In this document: positions 17,547 to 25,801 of the stretch, in pieces
How positions within the stretch are numbered: position 1 is the stretch's first letter
Layout of the letters: each line of letters opens with the position of its first letter
Assembly: GCF_000189295.2 (NCBI RefSeq)
Contig: NC_016803.1
Span: 3,300,001 to 3,332,000 of the forward strand
Direction of reading: 5' to 3'
DNA length: 32,000 nucleotides
Source: Pseudodesulfovibrio mercurii
GTDB lineage: Bacteria; Desulfobacterota; Desulfovibrionia; Desulfovibrionales; Desulfovibrionaceae
Made by a program: the position numbers and the translations under genes
Notes under the pieces: generated by a model
Told to the model about the DNA's origin: nothing
The model's input: the letters and a program-made list of their open reading frames with translations, nothing else
The model's database searches: none

Positions 17547-17927
17547 ATGGCCAAGAAGATCCTCATTGTTGATGATGAGGTCCACATCAAAATGCTGCTC
17601 GAGCAGACGCTCGAGGAGCTTGAGGACGAGTTCGAAGTGGACCTGTTTACCGCCTCGGACGGCGAAGAGGGGCTGGAATTCATCCGGAGCAAGCGCCCCG
17701 ACCTCGTTTTCCTCGACATCATGATGCCCAAGATGAACGGCTACGAGGTCTGCCGGATCATCAAGGACGACCCCGCCCTGCAGGACGTGAAGATCATCCT
17801 GCTCACGGCCAAGGGCCAGGAAGTGGACCGCAAGCAGGGGCTGGAGCTGGGGGCCATGATGTACATGACCAAGCCGTTCGACCCCGACGAAATCCTGCGC
17901 GTCTCCAAGGAGCTGCTCGAATTGTAA
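17547..17927 (+). CDS. Single-domain response regulator receiver (CheY-like)
   Basis: An AAGGAG SD precedes the start. Receiver motifs are KILIVDDE, DLVFLDIMMPKMNG, LLTAKG and MTKPF. Confidence 0.9.
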   Translation: MAKKILIVDDEVHIKMLLEQTLEELEDEFEVDLFTASDGEEGLEFIRSKRPDLVFLDIMMPKMNGYEVCRIIKDDPALQDVKIILLTAKGQEVDRKQGLELGAMMYMTKPFDPDEILRVSKELLEL

Positions 17928-17958
17928 CCCGGCCCGCTTCCGCGCCGATTTTTCCCGC

Positions 17959-19698
17959 ATGACACCGCTAAAAAAATACATACGCCCCGGCGTGTTGCGG
18001 AACCTGCTCCGCAAGGCCGCCGAGATGGCCGGGGGAGGCTGCTCCCTGGCCATCAGTTTCGAGGGCGAGGTGGTCATCGTGGAGGGTTCGGCCCCGGCCG
18101 CCGCCTTCGGCGAGGACGGGCCGGGACAGATCAGCGTTCCGATCCATTTCGACGAGTCCCATTCGGGCCGGTTGTTCATGCGCCGCGACGAGCCCGACGA
18201 GCGGGTGGACTGCGCCCGGCTCCTCGATTTCACGGCCTATTCCATCCAGGAGCTGGTGGACATGGAGCGCGCCCGGCGGTCCATCGCCGAGGAGGCCCTG
18301 GCCAAGTACCGCGAGCTGGCCCTGTTCCACCGCTCGGTGCCGAACATCAACACGTCCCTGCACATGCGCGACGTGGTCAACGCGCTCATCGACGAGTGCC
18401 GGCTGGAGAACTATCCCGGCGAGCTGGGCATGATCTTCCTGCTGGAGCCCTCGCGCAAGGTCTTCCGCCTGGCCGTGCAGTTCGGCTTTCCCTTCGGCAC
18501 CTACCTCCAGCCCATGGTGGACAGCGACCTGTTCCACGAGGTGGCCGTTTCCGGCCGGGGCGAGATCGTCAACGACCTGGACAAGGAGGACCGCTGGGAC
18601 AACGAGTTGCCCGGCCTGGGCTCCATGATCCTCATCCCCATCAACTCGCCCAACCGGTGCGAGGGGCTGCTTATCCTGGCCTCCCGCAAGACCGGGGTCT
18701 TCGAGGCCGCCCATCGGCGCAGCCTGTCCACCCTGGCCTCCGTGGCGGGCATCTCGGTGTCCAACGCCTTCAACTTCGAGGGCGTCCAGAAGCTCATGAG
18801 CGCCATCCTCCAGGCCCTGGCCGAGGCCATCGACGCGCGGGACCCGTACACGGCGGGTCATTCCGAGCGCGTGGCCCATCTGGCCGTGGCCTTCGCCCAC
18901 GCCCTGAACGAGGCCGGAGGCTACCGGGGCGGGCAGTTCAACGACGACGAGTTGCGCGAGATCTACTACGCGGGCATCCTGCACGACGTGGGCAAGATCG
19001 GCATCAAGGAGGACGTCCTGACCAAGCGCACCCGGCTGCCCGAGCGGCGCATGGACGTGGTCCGGGCGCGGTTCCAGCTCCTGGGCCAGTTCGACGACTT
19101 CGACTGGGGCCGGGCCTACGAGTGCCTGTGCAACGTGAACAGGGCCATGGTCCCGGAGGCCGCCGACCTGGAGTACGTCCGCAAGCTGGGCACCAGGGTC
19201 ATGCGCCGCAATGGGGCCGACCTGCGCTACCTCTACGACGACGAGCTGGAAAATCTGCTCCTGGCCTACGGCAACCTGACCAGGGACGAGCGCCGGGAGA
19301 TCCAGCGCCACCCGGCCGAAAGCGAGCGCATCCTCCAGCACATCCCCATGCAGGACGACTTCAGTCACCTTCTGACCATCATCCGCCAGCACCATGAGCG
19401 CATGGACGGCTCGGGCTATCCCGACGGGATCAAGGGCGAGGAAATCCTGCTCCAGAGCCGCCTGATGGCCATTGTGGACATCTACGATGCGGTCACCCAG
19501 GAGCGCCACTACAAGCCCGCCTACACCCGCAGCGAGGCCATGAAGATCCTCCAGAAAGAGGTGGACGAGGGCAAGCTGGACGCGGAACTGACGGCATTCT
19601 TCCTGAAGAACATCGAGAACATCGAGTCCCTCTCCGAACAGGTCAAGGTGACCAGGGCCACGCACCTGTCGGCCCTGGGCAACCTGGCCAATCTCTGA
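17959..19698 (+). CDS. GAF domain plus HD-GYP domain protein (putative c-di-GMP phosphodiesterase)
   Basis: A GAF-like region spans about aa 130-270. The HD motif is YAGILHDVGKIG and the signature is QHHERMDGSGYPDG. The gene lies 31 nt after the receiver gene, so it is probably in the same operon. There is no clear SD at 17959, so the start is approximate. Confidence 0.8.
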   Translation: MTPLKKYIRPGVLRNLLRKAAEMAGGGCSLAISFEGEVVIVEGSAPAAAFGEDGPGQISVPIHFDESHSGRLFMRRDEPDERVDCARLLDFTAYSIQELVDMERARRSIAEEALAKYRELALFHRSVPNINTSLHMRDVVNALIDECRLENYPGELGMIFLLEPSRKVFRLAVQFGFPFGTYLQPMVDSDLFHEVAVSGRGEIVNDLDKEDRWDNELPGLGSMILIPINSPNRCEGLLILASRKTGVFEAAHRRSLSTLASVAGISVSNAFNFEGVQKLMSAILQALAEAIDARDPYTAGHSERVAHLAVAFAHALNEAGGYRGGQFNDDELREIYYAGILHDVGKIGIKEDVLTKRTRLPERRMDVVRARFQLLGQFDDFDWGRAYECLCNVNRAMVPEAADLEYVRKLGTRVMRRNGADLRYLYDDELENLLLAYGNLTRDERREIQRHPAESERILQHIPMQDDFSHLLTIIRQHHERMDGSGYPDGIKGEEILLQSRLMAIVDIYDAVTQERHYKPAYTRSEAMKILQKEVDEGKLDAELTAFFLKNIENIESLSEQVKVTRATHLSALGNLANL

Positions 19699-19717
19699 CC
19701 CGTCAATCGGCGGATGT

Positions 19718-21307
19718 TCAGCGCACCGGGCGCTCGGCGATGACCGGCAGGGGCAGCTGCCCCTGGGCGAACAGGGCCTTGCAGAAGAGCGGCAGGTCCA
19801 GCTGCCACTTGCGGCGCAGCTCGGTCAATTCGTGCAGGCCGAGGATGGGCATGGTCCGGTGGCCCGGCGCGGTGCGGATGAGCCGCACTTCGGCCAGTCC
19901 CTCCTCGTGGGAGAACCCGGCCCGTTCCAGGATGTCCATGCAGTGGTCCTGATCCAGGCCGCCCACGGCCAGCTCGGTGTCGATGCGGGCCAGGGCCGCC
20001 CGCCTGAGACCGCGCGCGTGGCGGACCAGCCGGTCCAGATCGGTTTCCAGATAGCCCAGCTCGTCCAGGAGATGCTCGGAGAAGGCCAGCCAGCCCGCCA
20101 TGAACACGGGGTTGGTGGACTGGCGGAGCCACGGGTCGTCCAGGGCGCGGCGCTGGGAGTCCAGCAGGTGGCGGCCGGGATAGGTCTGGGCCGCGGCCAG
20201 GAAGGGAAATTCGCGGCGCATGCGGGCCAGGTGGGCCGGGGTGTCGCGGAAGCGGTTGCCGGAAAATATCTGCGGGTTGACGTAGCAGCGGGACGGCTCG
20301 TTCTCCCAGGCCCCGAGCACGGGGTCGTGGTGGATGGGCCGCAGGGTGGAGGCCATGTGCCGGGGCTGGGGGTCGATGCGCAGGCCCGAGTCCGCGAACA
20401 CGCCCGCCAGGGGGCCTTCCAGGACAAAGGCGCGCAGCCGGTGAATCTCGCGGATGATCAGGTCCAGGGGGGCCAGGCCGTCGGTGGGCGGCCCCTCGTA
20501 GCCCTCGTACAGCTCGCGCCAGGACCCGCCGCCGATCTCGGATTCGAGGCGATGCAGCGAGGTCAGCCGGGCCTCGTACTCGGCCTCGGCCAGGTCGCGC
20601 AGCTCCTCCACGGACCGGGTGGTCCCCAGGACGCGCTCGGCCGTGTAGCGGAAATCCGGGCCGTCCGGGTCCGGAATTTCCGGCCGGGAGGTGACGAAGC
20701 GGTCGTACTCGCGCAGGGCCGTCAGGACGTCGGCCAGGAAGCGGGGGGCCTTGCCCGTCCGGCCCAGCTCCTGCCCGCCCAGCTCGGTCAGGTAGCGGGC
20801 GCACTCGCGGATCATGGTCTGGGAGGCGGCCCGGCTGGCCGTGCTGGCGGCCTCGATGTTCTCGGTGGCGTGGGTCAGCAGGGCGGGGATGGCCTTGAGG
20901 CGGCTGATGAACCGCTTCTGCCGGGCGCGCTCGTTTTTGGCGGGCAGGTCGGCGGCCTGCTCCAGGCCGGTGAAGGCCACCTGGAGATACAGCTCCGGGG
21001 CGTGTTCCCAGGCGCGGCTGCCGTCCAGCTCGGCGATGACCCCGCTGGCGTTCATGGCCAGCGCCCTGGCCCTGGCCTCGTCCATCGGGTCCGAGGCCTT
21101 GTCCGCCTCGGCCAGAAAATTCTTGCGGAAGGTCTCCAGGGCGGCCACGTGGCTGCGGATGGACCGGCCCGAGAGGTCGTCCAGCCGGTCCAGCCACTTG
21201 GAGACGTCGGTCACGGGCGGCATGAGCGGGAAGGCGCCCGAGGCGCACATGACCGGATAGTGCTTGGCCAGATAGGCGAAGAACTTCTTGGCTACAGCGG
21301 ATTTCAT
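19718..21307 (-). CDS. DUF885-like protein (529 aa)
   Basis: YPGRHLLDSQ and AGWLAFSEHLLDELGY resemble the two conserved DUF885 blocks (PGHH.Q and EGWA.Y.E...E.G). Composition is that of a normal protein, unlike the two overlapping Arg/Pro/Gly-rich frames. The gene lies 26 nt downstream of cheV on the same strand. Confidence 0.55.
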   Translation of the reverse strand: MKSAVAKKFFAYLAKHYPVMCASGAFPLMPPVTDVSKWLDRLDDLSGRSIRSHVAALETFRKNFLAEADKASDPMDEARARALAMNASGVIAELDGSRAWEHAPELYLQVAFTGLEQAADLPAKNERARQKRFISRLKAIPALLTHATENIEAASTASRAASQTMIRECARYLTELGGQELGRTGKAPRFLADVLTALREYDRFVTSRPEIPDPDGPDFRYTAERVLGTTRSVEELRDLAEAEYEARLTSLHRLESEIGGGSWRELYEGYEGPPTDGLAPLDLIIREIHRLRAFVLEGPLAGVFADSGLRIDPQPRHMASTLRPIHHDPVLGAWENEPSRCYVNPQIFSGNRFRDTPAHLARMRREFPFLAAAQTYPGRHLLDSQRRALDDPWLRQSTNPVFMAGWLAFSEHLLDELGYLETDLDRLVRHARGLRRAALARIDTELAVGGLDQDHCMDILERAGFSHEEGLAEVRLIRTAPGHRTMPILGLHELTELRRKWQLDLPLFCKALFAQGQLPLPVIAERPVR

Positions 21308-21333
21308 GGTGTTCTTTGCCTCGGCGGAGCGGG

Positions 21334-22287
21334 CTAGTCTGCCTGGGCTTCAAGCAGTTTCAGGGCCCTGGGAGCGAGTTCGCCCAGTTCGGCCTTGGAT
21401 ATCTGGGCGTCCGCGCCCACGGCGATGCCCTTGTGATGCAGGGTCGCGGTGATGATGGAGGAGCAGAGGATGACCGGCAGGTGCCTGAGGTCGGTGTCCT
21501 CCTTGATGCGCCGGGTCAGGGAGTGGCCGTCCATGGAGGGCATCTCGATGTCGGTGACCACCAGGTTGACGTAGTGGGCCAGGGGCATACCCTCGGCCCG
21601 GGACCGGGCCTTGGCCTTGAGCAGGTATTGCAGGGCCAGCTCGCCGTTTTCCTCGGCGTGGACCTTGAACCCGGCCGTGGTCAGGATGTTGGCGATCATC
21701 TTGCGCGCCATGGTCGAGTCATCGGCCAGGAGAACCCGGTAGTTCCTGTGGGCGACGGTCTCGCGGACCGCTTCCGCCGGTTCCAGGTCAGGCTCGACGC
21801 CGGGGTTCAGGTCCATGCAGATCTTTTCCATGTCCAGGATGAAGGTGATCCGTCCGGCGATCTTGACCACGCCGGTGATGGAGTTGACCGTCAGGGAGGA
21901 AACGTAGTTGTTCGGGGCCTCCACCTCCTGCCAGCCGATGCGGTGGATGCGGGTCACGCCCGAGACCAGGAAGGCGCTCTTGGTCCGGTTGAACTCGGTG
22001 ACGATGACCTTGGGCGGCTCCTTTTCGGTGCGCTTCTTGCGCAGCCATCCGGCCAGGTCGATGAGGGGAATGATCTCGCTGCGCAGGTTGAAGGCGCCGA
22101 GCACGGCCGGGTGCGAGGCCTCGGGCATCTCGGTCAGCTCGGGCATCTGGATGATCTCCAGGACCTTGGCCACGTTGATGCCGTAATAGCCCCGGTAGTC
22201 GCCGCCCGGACGGGATTCGTCGAGGTAGAATTCGACGATCTCGAGTTCGTTGGTGCCCGACTCCAGCAGGATCTTGGTTTCGCTCAT
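21334..22287 (-). CDS. cheV: CheV-type chemotaxis coupling protein (CheW domain plus receiver domain)
   Basis: The N-terminal CheW-like region reads ELEIVEFYL ... YGINVAKVLEI ... AVLGAFNLRSEIIPLIDL. The C-terminal REC reads VLLADDSTMARKMI ... LVVTDIEMPSMDG ... ILCSS. A GGAGA SD lies upstream of ATG 22287. Confidence 0.85.
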   Translation of the reverse strand: MSETKILLESGTNELEIVEFYLDESRPGGDYRGYYGINVAKVLEIIQMPELTEMPEASHPAVLGAFNLRSEIIPLIDLAGWLRKKRTEKEPPKVIVTEFNRTKSAFLVSGVTRIHRIGWQEVEAPNNYVSSLTVNSITGVVKIAGRITFILDMEKICMDLNPGVEPDLEPAEAVRETVAHRNYRVLLADDSTMARKMIANILTTAGFKVHAEENGELALQYLLKAKARSRAEGMPLAHYVNLVVTDIEMPSMDGHSLTRRIKEDTDLRHLPVILCSSIITATLHHKGIAVGADAQISKAELGELAPRALKLLEAQAD

Positions 22288-22340
22288 GAACTGGTCTCTC
22301 CACGGACCGCTACAGGCCCGACGGTATCGTGACCTTGAAC

Positions 22341-22370
22341 ATATACAAGGGGTTTGCCGGGCGCAACCCC
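22341..22370 (-). terminator. Terminator candidate between the NtrC-type regulator gene and cheV
   Basis: On the minus strand, GGGGTTGC, a GCCCG loop and GCAAACCCC (one bulge) are followed by TTGTATATGTT. The element lies 32 nt after the stop at 22402. Confidence 0.5.
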
Positions 22371-22401
22371 GGACATGCGGCAAAATGCGGCCGGATGCCC
22401 G

Positions 22402-23805
22402 CTATCCCTCGCCAATGCCGTATTTTTTGATCTTGTAGTGGATGGCCCGGCGGCTGATGCCCAACCGGTCGGCGGCGTCCTTCTTGACCCCATTCGCGGC
22501 CTCCAGGGCGCGGACGATGGTCTCGCGCTCGTTGTCCTCCAGGGACAGGCTGGAGCCGGTCGCGGCCGGGGACCCCTCGGGCGGGGCCTCCAACTGGAGG
22601 TCGCCGGGCTCGATGACCTCGCCGGGGCAGAAGACCAGGGCCGCCTCCAGGGCGTTCTCCAGCTCCCGGACGTTGCCGGGCCAGGGGTGCGCCTCGATCA
22701 GCCGCATGGCCTCGGGGCTGATGCGGACGCGGGGCCTCCCCTGGCGGGCGCAGAGCCGGTCGAGGAGCCCGTCCACCAGGGCCGGAAGGTCCTCTCGCCG
22801 CTCGCGCAGGGGGGGGATGGTCAGGGTGACCACCTTGAGGCGGTAGTAGAGGTCCTCGCGGAAGGTCCCGTCCGCGACCATTCCGGGCAGGTCCGCGTTG
22901 GTGGCGGCCACGACCCGGCAGGACACGGCCCGCTCGCGGGTGTCGCCCACCCGGCGGATGGTCCCCTCCTGGAGGAAGCGCAGCAGCCGGGCCTGCATGT
23001 CCGGGGAGATGTTGCCTATCTCGTCCAGGAACAGGGTCCCGCCGTCGGCCTCCTCGATGAGCCCCTTCTTGTCCTTGACCGCGTGGGTGAAGGACCCCTT
23101 GAGGTGGCCGAAGAGTTCGCTTTCGAGCAGGGTGGGCTGGGTGGAGCCGCAGTCCACCACCACGAAGGGGCCGCCGGAGCGAGGGCTCTCCTCGTGCAGG
23201 ATACGCGCGGCCATCTCCTTGCCCGTGCCCGACTCGCCGAAGAGCAGGACCGTGGCCGTGGACCGGGCCACCCGTTCCAGGCGTTCCAGGAAGCGGGCCA
23301 TGGCCGGGGCCTCGCCCCCGATCAGGCCGCGCGGGCCGGCGGATTTCGCGGCCGGGGCGGTCGGGGCGGTCGGCGTCGCGGGCTTTGCGGCCGGCGCGGG
23401 GGCGGCGGCTCCGGGGAGGACCGTTTCGCCTCGCGCCTCAAGCCGGGTGCGCACCCGGCGGACCAGTTCCTTGCCGTCGAAGGGCTTGGTCAGGTAGTCC
23501 ACGGCCCCGGCCTGGATGGAGCCCACGGCGTCCGGGATGGTCCCGTGGGCCGTGAGCATGATGACCGGGATGTGCGGCCAGTGCTCCATGACCTCGCGGA
23601 GCAGGCCCCCGCCGCCCATGCCGGGCATCTTCACGTCGGAGATGATCAGGTCCACGGACTCGTCGGCCAGCATCTCGAGCGCGGTTTCGGCCCGGTCGGC
23701 CAGCAGCGGGCTCAACCCCGCCGAGAGCAGGCGCGCCTCGAGCACCTGCAGGATGTTCTCGTCGTCGTCCACCACCAGGATGGTCGGAATGTCCGGTTTC
23801 GTCAT
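22402..23805 (-). CDS. Sigma54-dependent response regulator (NtrC/Fis family: REC, AAA+ sigma54-interaction domain, Fis-type HTH)
   Basis: The REC reads ILVVDDDENIL ... LIISDVKMPGMGG ... LTKPF. The AAA+ Walker A is GESGTGKE and Walker B is TLFLDEI. The ESELFGHLKGSFTHA loop corresponds to the GAFTGA position. The domain also shows RVVAATN and WPGNVRELEN. The C-terminal HTH reads AADRLGISRRAIHYKIKKYGI. Confidence 0.9.
   Translation of the reverse strand: MTKPDIPTILVVDDDENILQVLEARLLSAGLSPLLADRAETALEMLADESVDLIISDVKMPGMGGGGLLREVMEHWPHIPVIMLTAHGTIPDAVGSIQAGAVDYLTKPFDGKELVRRVRTRLEARGETVLPGAAAPAPAAKPATPTAPTAPAAKSAGPRGLIGGEAPAMARFLERLERVARSTATVLLFGESGTGKEMAARILHEESPRSGGPFVVVDCGSTQPTLLESELFGHLKGSFTHAVKDKKGLIEEADGGTLFLDEIGNISPDMQARLLRFLQEGTIRRVGDTRERAVSCRVVAATNADLPGMVADGTFREDLYYRLKVVTLTIPPLRERREDLPALVDGLLDRLCARQGRPRVRISPEAMRLIEAHPWPGNVRELENALEAALVFCPGEVIEPGDLQLEAPPEGSPAATGSSLSLEDNERETIVRALEAANGVKKDAADRLGISRRAIHYKIKKYGIGEG
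23354..23371. repeat. 9-bp tandem repeat inside the regulator linker
   Basis: GGGGCGGTC occurs twice in tandem. On the minus strand it encodes PTAPTA within the Ala/Pro-rich linker AAAPAPAAKPATPTAPTAPAAK. Confidence 0.9.
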
Positions 23806-23817
23806 GGTCCGTCCTCG

Positions 23818-25233
23818 TCAGGAAATGGCGGGCAGGGTGAAGCGGAAGGTCGCGCCCCGGCCCGGTTCGCTCTCGACCCAGATGCGCCCGTCGTGGGCCA
23901 GGACAATGCGCCGGGCGATGGCCAGGCCCAGCCCGGCCCCGTCGATGCTGTCCCGCACGCCGGGCTCGCGGTAGTACTTGAGAAAGATGCGCTCCTGCTC
24001 GTCCACGGGGATGCCCGGCCCGTCGTCGGCCACGCTGAACAGGACCTCCCGGCCGCTGCGCTCGGCGATCAGCCGGACCGTGCCCCCGCGCTCCGAGAAC
24101 TTGACGCCGTTGCCCGCCAGGTTGGTCAGCACCTGTCGGACGTGCGCGGGGTCGGCCCGCACGGCCAGCCCCGGCTCAACCTCGGATTCCAGGGTCACCG
24201 AGGCGGCGCGGGCCGTGGGCACGAGCCGCTCCACGGTGGACTCGACGAGCCCGGCCACGTCCACGCGCTCCGGGTTCAGGTGCAGTTCCTCGGCCTCCAT
24301 GCGCGAGACCGAGAGCAGCCGGGTGAGCAGGTCGGAGAGGCGCTCGGACTCCTGCCCGGCGATGTCCAGGAACCGCTTTTGCTTTTCGTTGACCTCGCCG
24401 AAGGTCCCGGAGCCGACGAGGTCCACGGCCTCGCGCACCGAGGTCAGGGGGGTGCGGATCTCGTGGGAGAGCATGGCCACGAAGTCGGCGCGCATGCGCT
24501 CCTCGCGGCGCAGGCGGGCGGCCATGGCGTTGAAGGCCAGGGCCAGTTCGCCCAGCTCGTCGCGCGACAGGATGCGCACGTCCCTGGGGGTGGCCCCGGT
24601 GCCCAGGTCGCGGATGCCCCGGCGGACCTCGCTCAGGGAGCGGTTCAGGGTCCAGGCCAGGAGCAGGCTGCCGCCCACGCCCACGACCAGGCAGAAGATC
24701 AGTCCGTACATGCCCACGTCCGCGGCGTGGCGGCCCGCGTCGCGGAGCAGGGTCAGGCGCGACTCCATGTCGGCCTGGTTGTCCAGCAGGGACTGTTCCA
24801 GGATGTCGGTCCAGTCGCGGACGGTCGCGTCCGGGGCCAGGTTGTCGCCCGGCGAGTTGGCCGGGTCCAGGGTGATCTGGTACTCGGCGGTCAGGTCCTT
24901 CCACTCGTCGGCGTAGCGCGGATGCTTTTTGATGGTCTCGTTGAGGATTTCGCCGAACCGGGTCAGGTCCTCGACGATGAAGCCCACGGCGGCCTGGTCG
25001 CCGCCCAGGATGCGGTAGCGCCGGATGTTGTTCTGGACGTTGTAGAGGCGTTCGAGCATGCGCTGGATGGCCGAGTCCAGGTCGTGGTTCTCGGTGACCA
25101 TGCGGCTGGCGATGTCGGCGTCGCTGCGCACCTGGTGGAAGAGGTAGGCCGAGGTGGCGAAAAAGACCGCGATCAGGGCGCAGGCCCAGATGGTCAGCTT
25201 GGTGGCGATGTTCAGGTGGCGGGCCTCGGGCAT
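23818..25233 (-). CDS. Membrane sensor histidine kinase (TM, periplasmic helical sensor, TM, HAMP, HisKA, HATPase_c)
   Basis: There are two TM segments. The HAMP region reads LSRDELGELALAFNAMAARL, the H-box FVAMLSHEIRTPLTSV, the N box VLTNLAGNGVKFS and the G boxes DDGPGI and GAGLGLAIARRIV. The stop lies 12 nt before the regulator start, which has a GAGGA SD, so the two genes form an operon. Confidence 0.85.
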   Translation of the reverse strand: MPEARHLNIATKLTIWACALIAVFFATSAYLFHQVRSDADIASRMVTENHDLDSAIQRMLERLYNVQNNIRRYRILGGDQAAVGFIVEDLTRFGEILNETIKKHPRYADEWKDLTAEYQITLDPANSPGDNLAPDATVRDWTDILEQSLLDNQADMESRLTLLRDAGRHAADVGMYGLIFCLVVGVGGSLLLAWTLNRSLSEVRRGIRDLGTGATPRDVRILSRDELGELALAFNAMAARLRREERMRADFVAMLSHEIRTPLTSVREAVDLVGSGTFGEVNEKQKRFLDIAGQESERLSDLLTRLLSVSRMEAEELHLNPERVDVAGLVESTVERLVPTARAASVTLESEVEPGLAVRADPAHVRQVLTNLAGNGVKFSERGGTVRLIAERSGREVLFSVADDGPGIPVDEQERIFLKYYREPGVRDSIDGAGLGLAIARRIVLAHDGRIWVESEPGRGATFRFTLPAIS

Positions 25234-25314
25234 GGCATGACTCTTAATGCATTCTCCGGGGCAGGGCAAACAGGGAAGGAGGGCGTCCTCCTCGCAAAAG
25301 AACCGGAAAACCGC

Positions 25315-25331
25315 TGCAAGGCTCCCGCCAA
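25315..25331 (-). promoter_or_regulatory. Candidate sigma54 (-24/-12) promoter upstream of the kinase-regulator operon
   Basis: The minus strand reads TTGGCGGGAGCCTTGCA. The GG-N10-GC spacing is exact. TGGC and TTGCA match the consensus TGGCACG-N4-TTGCW, with two mismatches in the -24 box. The site lies about 80 nt upstream of ATG 25233. Confidence 0.35.
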
Positions 25332-25463
25332 CCGCGCCGCGGGCGCATGCATGGCACGCAGGGGTGGGAACCCTTGCCCGCCAGAGGCGAAATCATCCGA
25401 CATCGCCGCGCAGCGGCATGCAAACGTGCTTTCCCCTGTCGCCGGACAACAGCGCGGTCTCCC

Positions 25464-25501
25464 AAAAAAATCCCGCCCGTCACGCCGGGGGGCGCGGCGG
25501 G
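25464..25501 (-). terminator. Rho-independent terminator after the acylphosphatase-like gene
   Basis: The minus strand reads CCCGCCG, a 15-nt loop, CGGGCGGG, one A and then TTTTTTT (7 T). The element lies about 26 nt after the stop at 25529. Confidence 0.7.
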
Positions 25502-25528
25502 CAGGCCGGTCTGTCCGGGGCGGCTGGA

Positions 25529-25801
25529 TCAGCCCCGGATCGAGAAGACGTCGTAAGTCTTGTCGTGGTCGAGGGAGCCGCAGGTGATGTTCTTCTTGTC
25601 CACGATGGGGGCCTCGTTCTTGAGGTGTTCGCGGAAAGCGGCGAACTTCTCGGCGTCTCCCTGGATCAGGATTTCGGCCTTGTGGTCGGCGATGTTGCGG
25701 ACCCAGCCCTTCAGTCCGAGCTGCTGGGCCAAGTCCTGGACCCATGACTGAAAATTGCCGCCCGTGACCTTGCCTTCAACGACACAAGTGTAACTCAGCA
25801 T
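25529..25801 (-). CDS. Acylphosphatase-like domain protein (90 aa), signature degenerate
   Basis: A GGAGG SD precedes the start. VEGKVTGGNFQ aligns to the acylphosphatase signature V.G.VQGV.FR, and LGLKGWVRN aligns to GL.GWV.N. The size is typical of the family. Confidence 0.65.
   Translation of the reverse strand: MLSYTCVVEGKVTGGNFQSWVQDLAQQLGLKGWVRNIADHKAEILIQGDAEKFAAFREHLKNEAPIVDKKNITCGSLDHDKTYDVFSIRG

Noticed and set aside
17968-21353. Large ORFs on both strands overlapping the GAF/HD-GYP gene (17968-19665 minus, 18396-19397 plus) and the DUF885-like gene (19521-21353 minus, 19832-21337 plus)
   Set aside because: They are Arg/Pro/Gly-rich shadow frames. For the DUF885 region I chose the frame with balanced composition and recognisable conserved blocks.
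25350-25378. TGGCAC ... TTGC on the plus strand upstream of the kinase operon
   Set aside because: There are 21 nt between GG and GC, the orientation points away from any nearby plus-strand gene, and it is not a sigma54 promoter. TTGGCC ... TTGC at about 25884-25904 has 14 nt between GG and GC. The GG-N9-GC sites at about 25929-25941 and about 22388-22400 are each 1 nt short of the N10 spacing. All of these were also rejected.
22354-25587. A 1077-aa plus-strand ORF antisense to the regulator and kinase genes
   Set aside because: It is a shadow frame that spans two well-supported minus-strand genes plus their intergenic region.
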